A program made the translations under genes and the position numbers. Shown in pieces: positions 1 to 7,628 of a stretch of 21,115 bases of DNA. The stretch's first letter is position 1. Each line of letters begins with the position of its first letter. The stretch covers positions 34,586 to 55,700 of the forward strand of contig JAWCMA010000004.1 in NCBI GenBank assembly GCA_038850285.1, given 5' to 3'. The notes under the pieces are model-generated. The model saw nothing but the letters and a program-made list of their open reading frames with translations, had not been told where the DNA came from and did not search any database. The stretch is from Methanocellales archaeon. Lineage in GTDB: Archaea; Halobacteriota; JAWCLZ01.

Positions 1-344
1 ACATCAGCTAGAAAGCGCGTGACTAAAGCAAGCTTGGAATTGCTAAACTCCGAGAGATAAACCCCGGTTAAAACTCCAATTGGAATTCCAATTAAACTTG
101 CTATGCCCACTACAATGAAACTACCTTGAATGGCATTTCCAAAACCACCCCCACTTTCACCAACTGGTTTGGGTAGCTGAGTTAGAAATTCGATATTAAC
201 TGCTGAGGCACCATTTATTGTTACATAAAAAATAATCCCAAATAGTGGGATGAGTGCTATTAAAACACAGCAAAATGCAAGCGAGCGCATGATTTTATCC
301 ACAATTTTTCTCCACTTCCTAGGCTCTATGAACCTGTTGATCAT
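1..344 (-). CDS. pstA: Phosphate ABC transporter permease PstA (5' part; runs off the window edge)
   Basis: Not in the ORF track. ATG at 344-342 overlaps the pstC stop (ATGA). My translation: MINRFIEPRKWRKIVDKIMRSLAFCCVLIALIPLFGIIFYV...FLTQLPKPVGESGGGFGNAIQGS...GIPIGVLTGVYLSEF..., a typical PstA N-terminal half directly downstream of pstC. Confidence 0.93.
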   Translation of the reverse strand, partial: MINRFIEPRKWRKIVDKIMRSLAFCCVLIALIPLFGIIFYVTINGASAVNIEFLTQLPKPVGESGGGFGNAIQGSFIVVGIASLIGIPIGVLTGVYLSEFSNSKLALVTRFLAD

Positions 345-1294
345 TCCCTTCCCACTTCCCTTTTCATCCTCCATATCAGCAATCTCGCTAATATGTTAAT
401 GATTAAGGTAATTATAAAGAGCAGCAAACCAATCTCGATTAAAGCAGAGATATATAGGTCATAAGTTGCCTCTGTAAATTCATTAGCAATGACCGCTGCC
501 ATTGTATGCGCTTGTGAAAAAAGTGACCAAGAAATCGTTGGAGAATTGCCAATTACCATTGTAATTGCCATTGTTTCTCCAATTGCTCGACCAAAGCCAA
601 GGATTATCGCCCCAAAGATACCCGGTCTCGCATATGGTATTACTGCCATGGTTATCATCTCCCACTTCGTAGCACCCAGCGCTAAAGCTGCCTCTCTTTG
701 AGTATCAGGCACAGCGAGCAGCACTTCTCTTGAAACAGAGGAGATAATTGGTATAATCATGATTGCAAGAATCACGCCACCAGTAAGCATTGACAATCCA
801 AATCTAGGCCCTTGAAAAAAGGGCAGGAATCCCAAGGTATCTGCTAGGAATGGCATGATAAAATCGCGCATTACAGGTGCTAGCACGAAAATTCCCCATA
901 GACCTATGATAACGCTTGGTATCGCTGCGATAAGTTCAATGACGAAGGAAAATGGATCCCTAATCTTGCTGGGGGCAAGCTCTGAAAGATAAATTGCAAC
1001 TCCAACACTTAAGGGTATTGCAATGATTAATGCTATTAAAGAAGATAAAAGCGTGCCAAAGATAAAAGGCAGTGCTCCGAATACTTCGAAAACGGGATCC
1101 CAAGTGGTTTCGAGTAAAAAGTTTAAGCCGAATTTTAAGATGGAGATCTGAGCCCCATTTAGAAGTTCATAGAAGAGCAAGAAAGCTAATATTATTATGC
1201 TAATAGCACAAGTGGCTATAATTGCGTGAAATATCGAATCAGCAGAGATACTTATTCTCCGCTTCACAATTTTATCACTCGCATCCCTCTTCAA
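341..1294 (-). CDS. pstC: Phosphate ABC transporter permease PstC
   Basis: Multi-TM protein with WDP...FGALPFIFGTL, ELIAAIPSVIIGLWG, EAA loop (REAALALGATKWE) and GRAIGETMA. Lies between pstS and pstA. Confidence 0.95.
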   Translation of the reverse strand: MKRDASDKIVKRRISISADSIFHAIIATCAISIIILAFLLFYELLNGAQISILKFGLNFLLETTWDPVFEVFGALPFIFGTLLSSLIALIIAIPLSVGVAIYLSELAPSKIRDPFSFVIELIAAIPSVIIGLWGIFVLAPVMRDFIMPFLADTLGFLPFFQGPRFGLSMLTGGVILAIMIIPIISSVSREVLLAVPDTQREAALALGATKWEMITMAVIPYARPGIFGAIILGFGRAIGETMAITMVIGNSPTISWSLFSQAHTMAAVIANEFTEATYDLYISALIEIGLLLFIITLIINILARLLIWRMKREVGRE

Positions 1295-2392
1295 CTACTT
1301 GATAAATGCTTCTCCCTTGTAATTCATTAGCTTTATAGCTTCCTCATTTAATTTCACTACTTCCTGCGGGAGGGGCACATAGAGCAGCTCTGAGGAATAA
1401 TTTTGACCCTCGTGAATTGCCCACCAGAGAAATTCAGCTAATGCTTTTCCCTTAGCTTGATCTCCTTGATCTTTATAAACCAAGAGATAGGTAAAGCTTG
1501 CAATTGGATATGAACCAGCCCCTGGGGCATTTACAATTGAAACTTTTGACCAGCTTTCATGACCTTTTGGCAGCTTTGGAGCTGCGCCAGCTGCAGCGGC
1601 ATGCGTGGATTCTAAGCTTGGCTCTATAAAGTAACCTTCTTGATTTTTCACTTTGGCATAGGGTATTTTTTGAATCTTGGCATAGGCAAGTTCTAAATAT
1701 CCAATGGAATATGGATTCTGAGAGATTATCCCTGCAACTCCTTCGTTACCCTTGCCTCCTATTCCCGTGGGCCAGTTGAGAGCTGTGCCCTTTCCAACTT
1801 TTTCACGCCACTCCTGATTTATTGTGGAGAGGTAGTCGGAGAAGACAAATGTAGTGCCACTTCCATCGGATCTATGGGCCACTGATATTTCATGATCAGG
1901 GAAGTTTACTCCTGGATTGAGATTTGCAATTCTTGGATCGCTCCACTTCGTGATTTTACCTAGAAATATGTCTGCAATTACATCTCCAGTTAAGTTTAAT
2001 CCCGTTGTTATATTAGGCACGTTATATGCGATCACCACTGCACCTATGGTCTCAGGGATATGTAAGATTCCAGTGAGATTAGCATATTGCGCATCACTCA
2101 GCGGCGCATCGCTGGCTCCGAAGTCAACGGTTCTTTCAGTTATCTGCCTTATACCCCCGCCACTGCCAATGCTTTGATAGTTAATCTGCACATTTGGCTT
2201 AATTTTACTATACTCAAAACACCATTTTGACAACAGTGGATATGGGAAACTCGCCCCTGCACCATTTATATTAATTTGAGCGGGTGTTGCAGTGGGCGTT
2301 GGAGTCGTTGTTGGAGCAGCGCATCCAACAAATAAAACTGCAATTAAACTCAGCATTAAAAGGAGTTTTCCATTATTGATATTAAAATTCAA
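1295..2392 (-). CDS. pstS: Phosphate ABC transporter substrate-binding lipoprotein PstS
   Basis: Motifs GAGASFP, YQSIGSGGG, DFGASD and RSDGSGTT. Signal peptide with lipobox-like FVGC followed by a Thr/Pro linker. GAGGTGA RBS just upstream of the TTG start. Confidence 0.96.
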   Translation of the reverse strand: MNFNINNGKLLLMLSLIAVLFVGCAAPTTTPTPTATPAQININGAGASFPYPLLSKWCFEYSKIKPNVQINYQSIGSGGGIRQITERTVDFGASDAPLSDAQYANLTGILHIPETIGAVVIAYNVPNITTGLNLTGDVIADIFLGKITKWSDPRIANLNPGVNFPDHEISVAHRSDGSGTTFVFSDYLSTINQEWREKVGKGTALNWPTGIGGKGNEGVAGIISQNPYSIGYLELAYAKIQKIPYAKVKNQEGYFIEPSLESTHAAAAGAAPKLPKGHESWSKVSIVNAPGAGSYPIASFTYLLVYKDQGDQAKGKALAEFLWWAIHEGQNYSSELLYVPLPQEVVKLNEEAIKLMNYKGEAFIK

Positions 2393-2420
2393 TTATTCAC
2401 CTCACGTCTTGAATAGCTTT

Positions 2421-2500
2421 AAAAATATATGAAATTTATCTGTATAGAATATAAATATCTATGAAATATATATATCAAAATATGATCTATATATTTAGAT
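2421..2500 (-). promoter_or_regulatory. AT-rich pstS promoter with repeated TATAT/TATCT elements (candidate phosphate-responsive operator)
   Basis: Very AT-rich intergenic DNA. TATGAAAT occurs twice and TAT units recur about every 10-11 bp. A regulatory role is inferred from position only. Confidence 0.45.
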
Positions 2501-2501
2501 C

Positions 2502-3509
2502 TTACTGGGTTGCAGCCTTCTTAGCCATTATTCTATTTATCGCAACCTCAGTTATATTCTTGCAGTAATCCCCAGATCTATCTATGCTATCCTTAATTAT
2601 GCCTATGGCAAAGAGCATATCCGAGTCAAATTCAAACATTTTTATATCTGCCTCTAAAAGAGCTTTTTCAACTAATTGCTTGAAATTTATTGCTTTATCC
2701 GCGAGTTCTAGATCTTGTTTCATTAGCGAGTTAAAGGCTAATTCAAACATTTGATTCATAAATGAACTTGCTTTTTCCAGTTTCGCGAGAAAATCGCTGG
2801 GTATATTCTTTCCATTTAGTTTTAAAACCATTCTCGAAACCCTAGACGCGTGGTCTGCTATTCTCTCAATGTATTGGGCTGCTTCATAGTAATTGAAGTA
2901 ATCAAGAATAGATAAATTAGTGGTTTCCGGTACTCTTAAGTTTGTTAGCACTGAGATTAATTGCCTTAATATGAGTAAAGAGAGGCGATCAACTTCATCG
3001 TCTCGCTGGAGCACGCTTCTCGCGAGATCTATGTTATTCTCTATAAGTGCTTGCAGTGCATCTTTATGCATGGAGGTAGCGAAGAGATGCATGCGCTTTA
3101 AGCATTTATCTACTGTGAAGCCCTTCGTATCGAGAAAGTCTTGAATAACTATTTCCTCAGAGGTTTCTTCGATTATCTCAGGACCAATTAATCTATTCAC
3201 ATTTTTCTTTATTACTTCAATTTGCTCCAGCGAGATTCTCTTTGCTTTTAAGCGAATGATGGGCAACCCAGCTATATATAGCGCTGTGATTTCTCTCGCC
3301 AGTCTTTCTCCTCCTATTCCATTTATATGCATTATTATTTCTCGGGGCGCAAAAGCTTCATTTTTAACTTTCAATAATAAATCGCCACTTGGCTGAGGAA
3401 CCAATACCACCTTCGACCCGGCTTTAAGTCCAATAGAATCCCCCCATGCTTTCGGAAGGGAAACAATGAAGGTTTTGCCACCGGTAATTTGAACCTTTCT
3501 TTCCTCCAT
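2502..3509 (-). CDS. phoU: Archaeal phosphate uptake regulator: N-terminal AbrB/SpoVT DNA-binding domain plus PhoU domains
   Basis: N-terminal RKVQITGGKTFIVSLPKAW (AbrB-like). PhoU motifs RDDEVDRL, ERIADHA and DRSGDYCKNI. Adjacent to pstSCA. Confidence 0.93.
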   Translation of the reverse strand: MEERKVQITGGKTFIVSLPKAWGDSIGLKAGSKVVLVPQPSGDLLLKVKNEAFAPREIIMHINGIGGERLAREITALYIAGLPIIRLKAKRISLEQIEVIKKNVNRLIGPEIIEETSEEIVIQDFLDTKGFTVDKCLKRMHLFATSMHKDALQALIENNIDLARSVLQRDDEVDRLSLLILRQLISVLTNLRVPETTNLSILDYFNYYEAAQYIERIADHASRVSRMVLKLNGKNIPSDFLAKLEKASSFMNQMFELAFNSLMKQDLELADKAINFKQLVEKALLEADIKMFEFDSDMLFAIGIIKDSIDRSGDYCKNITEVAINRIMAKKAATQ

Positions 3510-3510
3510 A

Positions 3511-3561
3511 CTTATATATAATTTGACAATTAAGTTATATATATTTTACTAAAATATATAT
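3511..3561 (-). promoter_or_regulatory. phoU promoter with three TATATA-type repeats; transcript probably leaderless
   Basis: TTATATATA at 3512-3520 and 3535-3543, AATATATAT at 3553-3561. No SD sequence before the ATG at 3509. Confidence 0.45.
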
Positions 3562-4035
3562 TTAAGGTAGTTTAAGCGGCTTTATAGTACCGCTGCATAG
3601 CTTTTCTCCAGTGCTCACGCTATATGTATATACTTCATCGCTGCCCTTTAAAATCACATTCTCAAAAAGACCTAAGCGGGGGCAGATAATTGGTAATGAA
3701 TTCTCCAGCAAGTGCAGGCAAATTGGGCGGTAGAAGCAGCTATGTATGGAGATCTTAATTTCCTCATCATCGCCAGATATGGTATCGCGCTGGTCATTGA
3801 AGCCAGCGGATTTGCAGTCCTCAAGATACCCCCTAGCAGCTTCAAATGGCTTCCCTCGCTTGACCTCAATCCCGCTTGAGCTTTTCTGAAAAGCAAGCCA
3901 GAAGTCCCCTGCGTTGGAAAGCAAATTCCACTGCGTGCCTGGAAAACTTCTAATTCCATAGGCCACGCCATACATCCAAGCCAGCGCGGCTTTTTTATAA
4001 ACCTCAGCTGGCGGTAGCTTTAATCTTTCAACCAT
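3562..4035 (-). CDS. Hypothetical protein, V4R/MetOD1-like Cys-containing small-ligand-binding domain
   Basis: 157-aa ORF with the Cys pattern IHSCFYRPIC...ICPR...KLCSG, resembling V4R-like/methanogen output domains. The family is judged from the pattern only. Confidence 0.55.
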   Translation of the reverse strand: MVERLKLPPAEVYKKAALAWMYGVAYGIRSFPGTQWNLLSNAGDFWLAFQKSSSGIEVKRGKPFEAARGYLEDCKSAGFNDQRDTISGDDEEIKISIHSCFYRPICLHLLENSLPIICPRLGLFENVILKGSDEVYTYSVSTGEKLCSGTIKPLKLP

Positions 4036-4075
4036 TTAATTATTAATTTCTCTAATAGGTGAAAATAATTTCTAT

Positions 4076-4122
4076 ACTGCAACTGCAACTACAATGCAAC
4101 TACAACTATAATTATAACTGCA
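4076..4122. repeat. Degenerate hexamer tandem repeat (ACTGCA/ACTACA/ACTATA, about 8 units)
   Basis: ACTGCA ACTGCA ACTACA ATGCA ACTACA ACTATA ATTATA ACTGCA, in the divergent intergenic region upstream of hisA. Confidence 0.8.
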
Positions 4123-4159
4123 AAAAGCAAATATAGTTCAAGAGAGAATTTCTTTGAAT

Positions 4160-4879
4160 ATGTTTGAGGTCATCCCCGCGATTGATTTAAAAGCTGGAAA
4201 ATGCGTGCGCTTGATGCAAGGTGATCCAGATCGAGAAACCATTTCAATAGCCGATCCAATTGCTGTGGCTAGAAAATGGATAAGCGAGGGTGCTGCTACG
4301 CTGCATTTAATAGACCTAGATGGAGCATTCAAAGGCGTGCCTGAGAATTTAGAGATAGTTAAACAAATCATTTCAACTTTCAAGGTAACCACTCAACTTG
4401 GAGGGGGAATTCGCTCACTAGAAGTTGCCAGCAAGCTTCTTGATCTAGGTGTAAATAGAGTGATACTAGGTACTGCTGCAATTAATAACACAAGTCTTGT
4501 GGAAGCACTTGCAATGGGATATGGAAGTGAAAGAGTTATGGTTGCACTTGATTCAAGGGATGGCGAGGTATTTATTGAAGGCTGGAGAAAGAGCTCTGGA
4601 TATAAAGCAGCTGATCTAGCTAAGGAGTTCGAGAGCAAAGGTGCAGGCAGTATTTTATTCACTAATATCAACGTAGAGGGCTTAATAAGGGGAGTTGATC
4701 CCGAGCCAGTTTTTCAAGTGGTTAAAGCAGTTAGCATACCTGTGATTGCCTCCGGTGGCGTGGCAACTATAGCGGATCTGCTTAGAATAAAGCAAACTGG
4801 GGCAAAAGGCGCTGTGGTGGGCACAGCTTTATATAAAAATAAATTCACCCTTAAAGAGGCAGTTGAAGCGGTGAAATGA
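4160..4879 (+). CDS. hisA: ProFAR isomerase HisA
   Basis: IPAIDL..GKCVRL.QGD, HLIDLDGA, QLGGGIRS, VALD, FTNINVEG, ASGGV and GTALY. I prefer the ATG at 4160 over the TTG at 4154. Confidence 0.95.
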   Translation: MFEVIPAIDLKAGKCVRLMQGDPDRETISIADPIAVARKWISEGAATLHLIDLDGAFKGVPENLEIVKQIISTFKVTTQLGGGIRSLEVASKLLDLGVNRVILGTAAINNTSLVEALAMGYGSERVMVALDSRDGEVFIEGWRKSSGYKAADLAKEFESKGAGSILFTNINVEGLIRGVDPEPVFQVVKAVSIPVIASGGVATIADLLRIKQTGAKGAVVGTALYKNKFTLKEAVEAVK

Positions 4880-4891
4880 GAAGGCGGTGAA

Positions 4892-5446
4892 ATGAGGATA
4901 GCTAAGGTTGAACAAAATGGAGTTGAAGTTAGCCTTAATTTAGATGGCTCTGGAAAAGCCCAGGTAAAAACAAGTAAAGGATTTTTTGACCACATCTTAA
5001 CCTCATTTGCCAAGCACGGGGCTTTTGATCTCAGCATTAAAATAATTCAAATGAAAGGAGATTTAGCTGAAAAAATAGGCATGGCTCTAGGTATTGCGCT
5101 TAAAAAAGCTCTAGGGGAGGAGAAATCCATTAAGCGCTATGGATTTGCAGCCATACCAATGGATGACTCTCTAGCTATAGCTGCAGTGGACATAAGCGGC
5201 AGAGGCTATTTGAAGTTCAGCGTTGAGTATAGCTGCAGAGAAGTAGCTGGCTTTGCAGTTGAAGAAGTAGAGGTATTCACTCGTGCTTTTGCCCACTCCG
5301 CTGGCATTACCCTGCACGTAAAAGCAGAGGGGGTGAATAATCACCACAAGATCGAAGCAATCTTTAAAGCCCTAGGCATAGCTCTCTCAGAAGCTGTAAA
5401 AAAGAGCGAGCAAAAAGGTGTTCCAAGTACAAAAGGAGTGCTCTAG
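4892..5446 (+). CDS. hisB: Imidazoleglycerol-phosphate dehydratase HisB homologue with degenerate metal-binding motifs
   Basis: LNLDGSG, GFFDHIL, RYG...PMD, DISGR, NNHHKIEAIFKA and VPSTKG identify the IGPD family, and it follows hisA. The first HHxxED motif reads GDLAEK and the RxTxET motif is absent. Confidence 0.85.
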   Translation: MRIAKVEQNGVEVSLNLDGSGKAQVKTSKGFFDHILTSFAKHGAFDLSIKIIQMKGDLAEKIGMALGIALKKALGEEKSIKRYGFAAIPMDDSLAIAAVDISGRGYLKFSVEYSCREVAGFAVEEVEVFTRAFAHSAGITLHVKAEGVNNHHKIEAIFKALGIALSEAVKKSEQKGVPSTKGVL

Positions 5447-5449
5447 CCT

Positions 5450-5917
5450 ATGCCTGAATATGATGTGATGGATGTAGCCATCATTGACGCTAAAGTAGAA
5501 AGGGTTTTTCATGCGATATTAAATGCGAATAATTATTCAAAATGGTGGATGCCAACTTAGAGGCAAAAATCGGGGAAATGAAGAAATTATTCAAAATGGG
5601 TTCAATAGTTGATTTTAAGGTATATCCAAAGGGTAAACCTAGCGTTAAATTTACACCAGAGTAGTTGAAATAATTCAATTCAAAATAAATTAAAGTTCTC
5701 GCTTCATAGAAGGAGATTTCCTAGGCATAGGTATATGGACTTTTGAACCAGTAGGCGAAGATAAAATATTAGAATTCAATATCGCTGGAAAGTGAGATCC
5801 AACAAAGTGATAATATCCCTACTTTCTCCCTTCATCAATGTCCCAAGAATTCATTCAGAGGTAATGCGAAATAGATTTGAAGGTTTAAGTAACTATTTAA
5901 AGCGAGTGGATGTATGA
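5450..5917 (+). pseudogene. Frameshifted SRPBCC (START/polyketide cyclase-like) family pseudogene
   Basis: Fragments in changing frames: MPEYDVMDVAIIDAKVERVFHAILNANNYSKWWMP / LEAKIG...GSIVDFKVYPKGKPSVKFT / RVVEII / RFIEGDFLGIGIWTFEPVGEDK / RIQYRWKVRSNKVIISLLSPFINVPRIHSEVMRNRFEGLSNYLKRVDV*. At least 4 frame breaks. Confidence 0.75.
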
Positions 5918-5956
5918 ATTCCGAGATTTGTGAGAATTAACAAGAAAGGGTTTATT

Positions 5957-6331
5957 ATGAGAGATTTGGAGCCTCAAATTTATAGACAGAGGTTGATAAT
6001 TGAAGGCAAATATAACATTGAAATTTCAGAGGCTACATTAAAGCAATTCTTTGAAGCCCTCGCGCGAGAGATAGGAATGACTTTACTAACCAAGCCATTC
6101 TTCTTCTCCCCGAACATAAGAAAGCATGCAATCCACCATGGAATTGCAGGTTTCATCGCCTGGGTTGAATCAGGATGCTCGATTTATACTTGGAATAAAT
6201 TCAAATTCTTCACCGTGGATATTTACACCTGCAAGCAATTTTCAGTTGAAAAAGCAGTAAATTTCACAAAGAAATTCTTCAAATGCAAGGAAATCGAATA
6301 CTTAGATATAACTCCAGGCAATTTAATTTAA
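5957..6331 (+). CDS. S-adenosylmethionine decarboxylase-like pyruvoyl-dependent proenzyme (SpeD/SpeH family, divergent)
   Basis: About 124 aa. G(I)AG...WVE|SGCSIYTW...FTVDIYTC matches the class 1 AdoMetDC pattern ES(H)xSxHTWPE...DxYTC. Start at ATG 5957 (GTG 5930 is an alternative). Confidence 0.8.
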   Translation: MRDLEPQIYRQRLIIEGKYNIEISEATLKQFFEALAREIGMTLLTKPFFFSPNIRKHAIHHGIAGFIAWVESGCSIYTWNKFKFFTVDIYTCKQFSVEKAVNFTKKFFKCKEIEYLDITPGNLI

Positions 6332-6509
6332 CTTTCGAGCTAGAGAGCTCCCTGCGTAAGCCTAGCCGAAATTATGCCTTTAGAGATCATACCTCCATAA
6401 CCCACCACACGTTGGCATGGTCTCATGCCAAGGCCTCGCTGTTGGTGTGTGTGGGAATGAGTCTGGTCGGGGAAGCAGGAAGCCACCTCGAAAGCTGGTG
6501 GTAGTTCAC
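6332..6509 (+). mobile_element. Non-autonomous IS200/IS605-family remnant: right end / TnpB omegaRNA (reRNA)-like scaffold with no tnpA or tnpB
   Basis: GCCGAAATTATGCCTTTAGAGAT...CCTCCA...GGTCGGGGAAGCAGGAAGCCACC-TCGAAAGCT-GGTGGTAGTTCAC resembles the 3' ends of archaeal tnpB elements. Subterminal hairpin 6482-6502, TTCAC terminus, and a perfect stem TTGGCATG/CATGCCAA (6412-6431). The left boundary is uncertain. Confidence 0.75.
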
Positions 6510-6521
6510 TTGTATTTCCTC

Positions 6522-7628
6522 CTATCTAAAGATCTCCTCCGCTTGCTCAGCTATCCTTGGATTTCCTGAGTATCCATCGTTCTCAAGTTGAGATGCTGCT
6601 TCACGGTGCTTGAGTCGTAGTGCATTATCTCAACTACAGTTGGCACTTTAATTGCATCGCCAATGACAAGCGCAGCTCTAGGTGGAATTGAGCCCACTAT
6701 TACTTCCCAAACACTGCGGTCTGGCACGCTAGCGAGTGAAGAGGAAATATCGCTGGGTTCTTTTAAAGAAAGTATTAGTCTATTTGCCAACTGGCTTCTG
6801 ACTTCTTCATCTATTCGAGCAGGTCTTTGATCCACGAGTGCTAATATGAGGTTGAACTTCCTAGTTTCCCTAGCTAGTTTATCGAAAATCGTATATTGCA
6901 GAACCTCTAGGGCTGGAAATTTATGGGCTTCCTCTAAGAATACCACTAAACGCGGGAGATCGCTGCTTTTCTCGTAGAAATCATAGAGTCTCCTCGCGAG
7001 TAAATTAGCTATGAAGAGATAAGCGGTTGATTCATTTCCAAATCTACCGAAGTCTAGAAAGATGGATTTTCCAGCTTTTATTAAACTCGTTATTTGTGCA
7101 AAAAAATCACTAGCGCTCGGCCTTAGGAAGATAAAGCGAGACAAGCGCTCAATCCTGCGCTTGAGTGCAAGTAAAGCAGAATCGTGGATTTTACCCTCGT
7201 ATTCTTCAGGGGTTGCATTTTTTATTGCCTCAATTAAACTCTTCCCTCGCTTCTTGGCTTGTATGGCATAGATCGTATCGATCATAGCGGGAGATAGGTC
7301 TTGAAAGGCAGCTATTAAATCCGAGGGGGTTATCTCTCAGGATCTAAGAAGTTCTCTAGCTTCTTTATTATCTGGATCGAGAGTGAATATCTCCACAATT
7401 TGAGGGGAAGAAAAACTTGAGCCCGGGGGAGTTATCTGTTTTGGAGAACATTCCATATTCTTAGAACATTCCATATTCTTGATGCATGTCGAATATTAAT
7501 AGTGCAGCTGCTTGCTTCGCTATTATAGAGCTGCATAAAATTTTGCATAATATACTCTTACCACTCCCTGTTCTGCCGAAGATTGCAAAGGGCTTCTCAG
7601 TGAGCTTGGCTAAATCTAGGGGGATTTC
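6522..7628 (-). pseudogene. herA: HerA helicase/ATPase pseudogene (N-terminal HAS barrel deleted; premature stop and frameshifts)
   Basis: Walker A FAIFGRTGSGKS and IFDMHQEYG (about 7470-7600). Walker B VVFLEEAHKF, RETRKF and DQRP lie in the 6551-7285 ORF. An 18-bp duplication creates a TAA, further breaks lie at about 7330-7400, and a frameshift near 6555 displaces the C-terminal IAEQAEEIFR* (stop 6522-6524). Confidence 0.88.
7445..7480. repeat. Perfect 18-bp tandem duplication AGAACATTCCATATTCTT x2 inside herA
   Basis: Copies at 7445-7462 and 7463-7480. On the minus strand it reads EYGMF*EYGMFS. Confidence 0.95.

Noticed and set aside
4076-4122. Short repeats as a CRISPR array
   Set aside because: Units are 6 bp with no spacers. 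I saw no 24-47-bp repeat-spacer array or cas genes anywhere in the window.
5490-5678. 62-aa minus-strand ORF
   Set aside because: It is an antisense shadow of the SRPBCC pseudogene.
6283-6504. 73-aa ORF spanning the structured element
   Set aside because: It overlaps the decarboxylase 3' end out of frame, has no recognisable motifs, and is better explained as an IS200/IS605 right-end RNA scaffold.
6551-7285. 244-aa ORF as a stand-alone functional ATPase or defence-system HerA
   Set aside because: It lacks Walker A, which lies upstream beyond stops and frameshifts. The mre11-rad50-nurA context points to the repair-type HerA.
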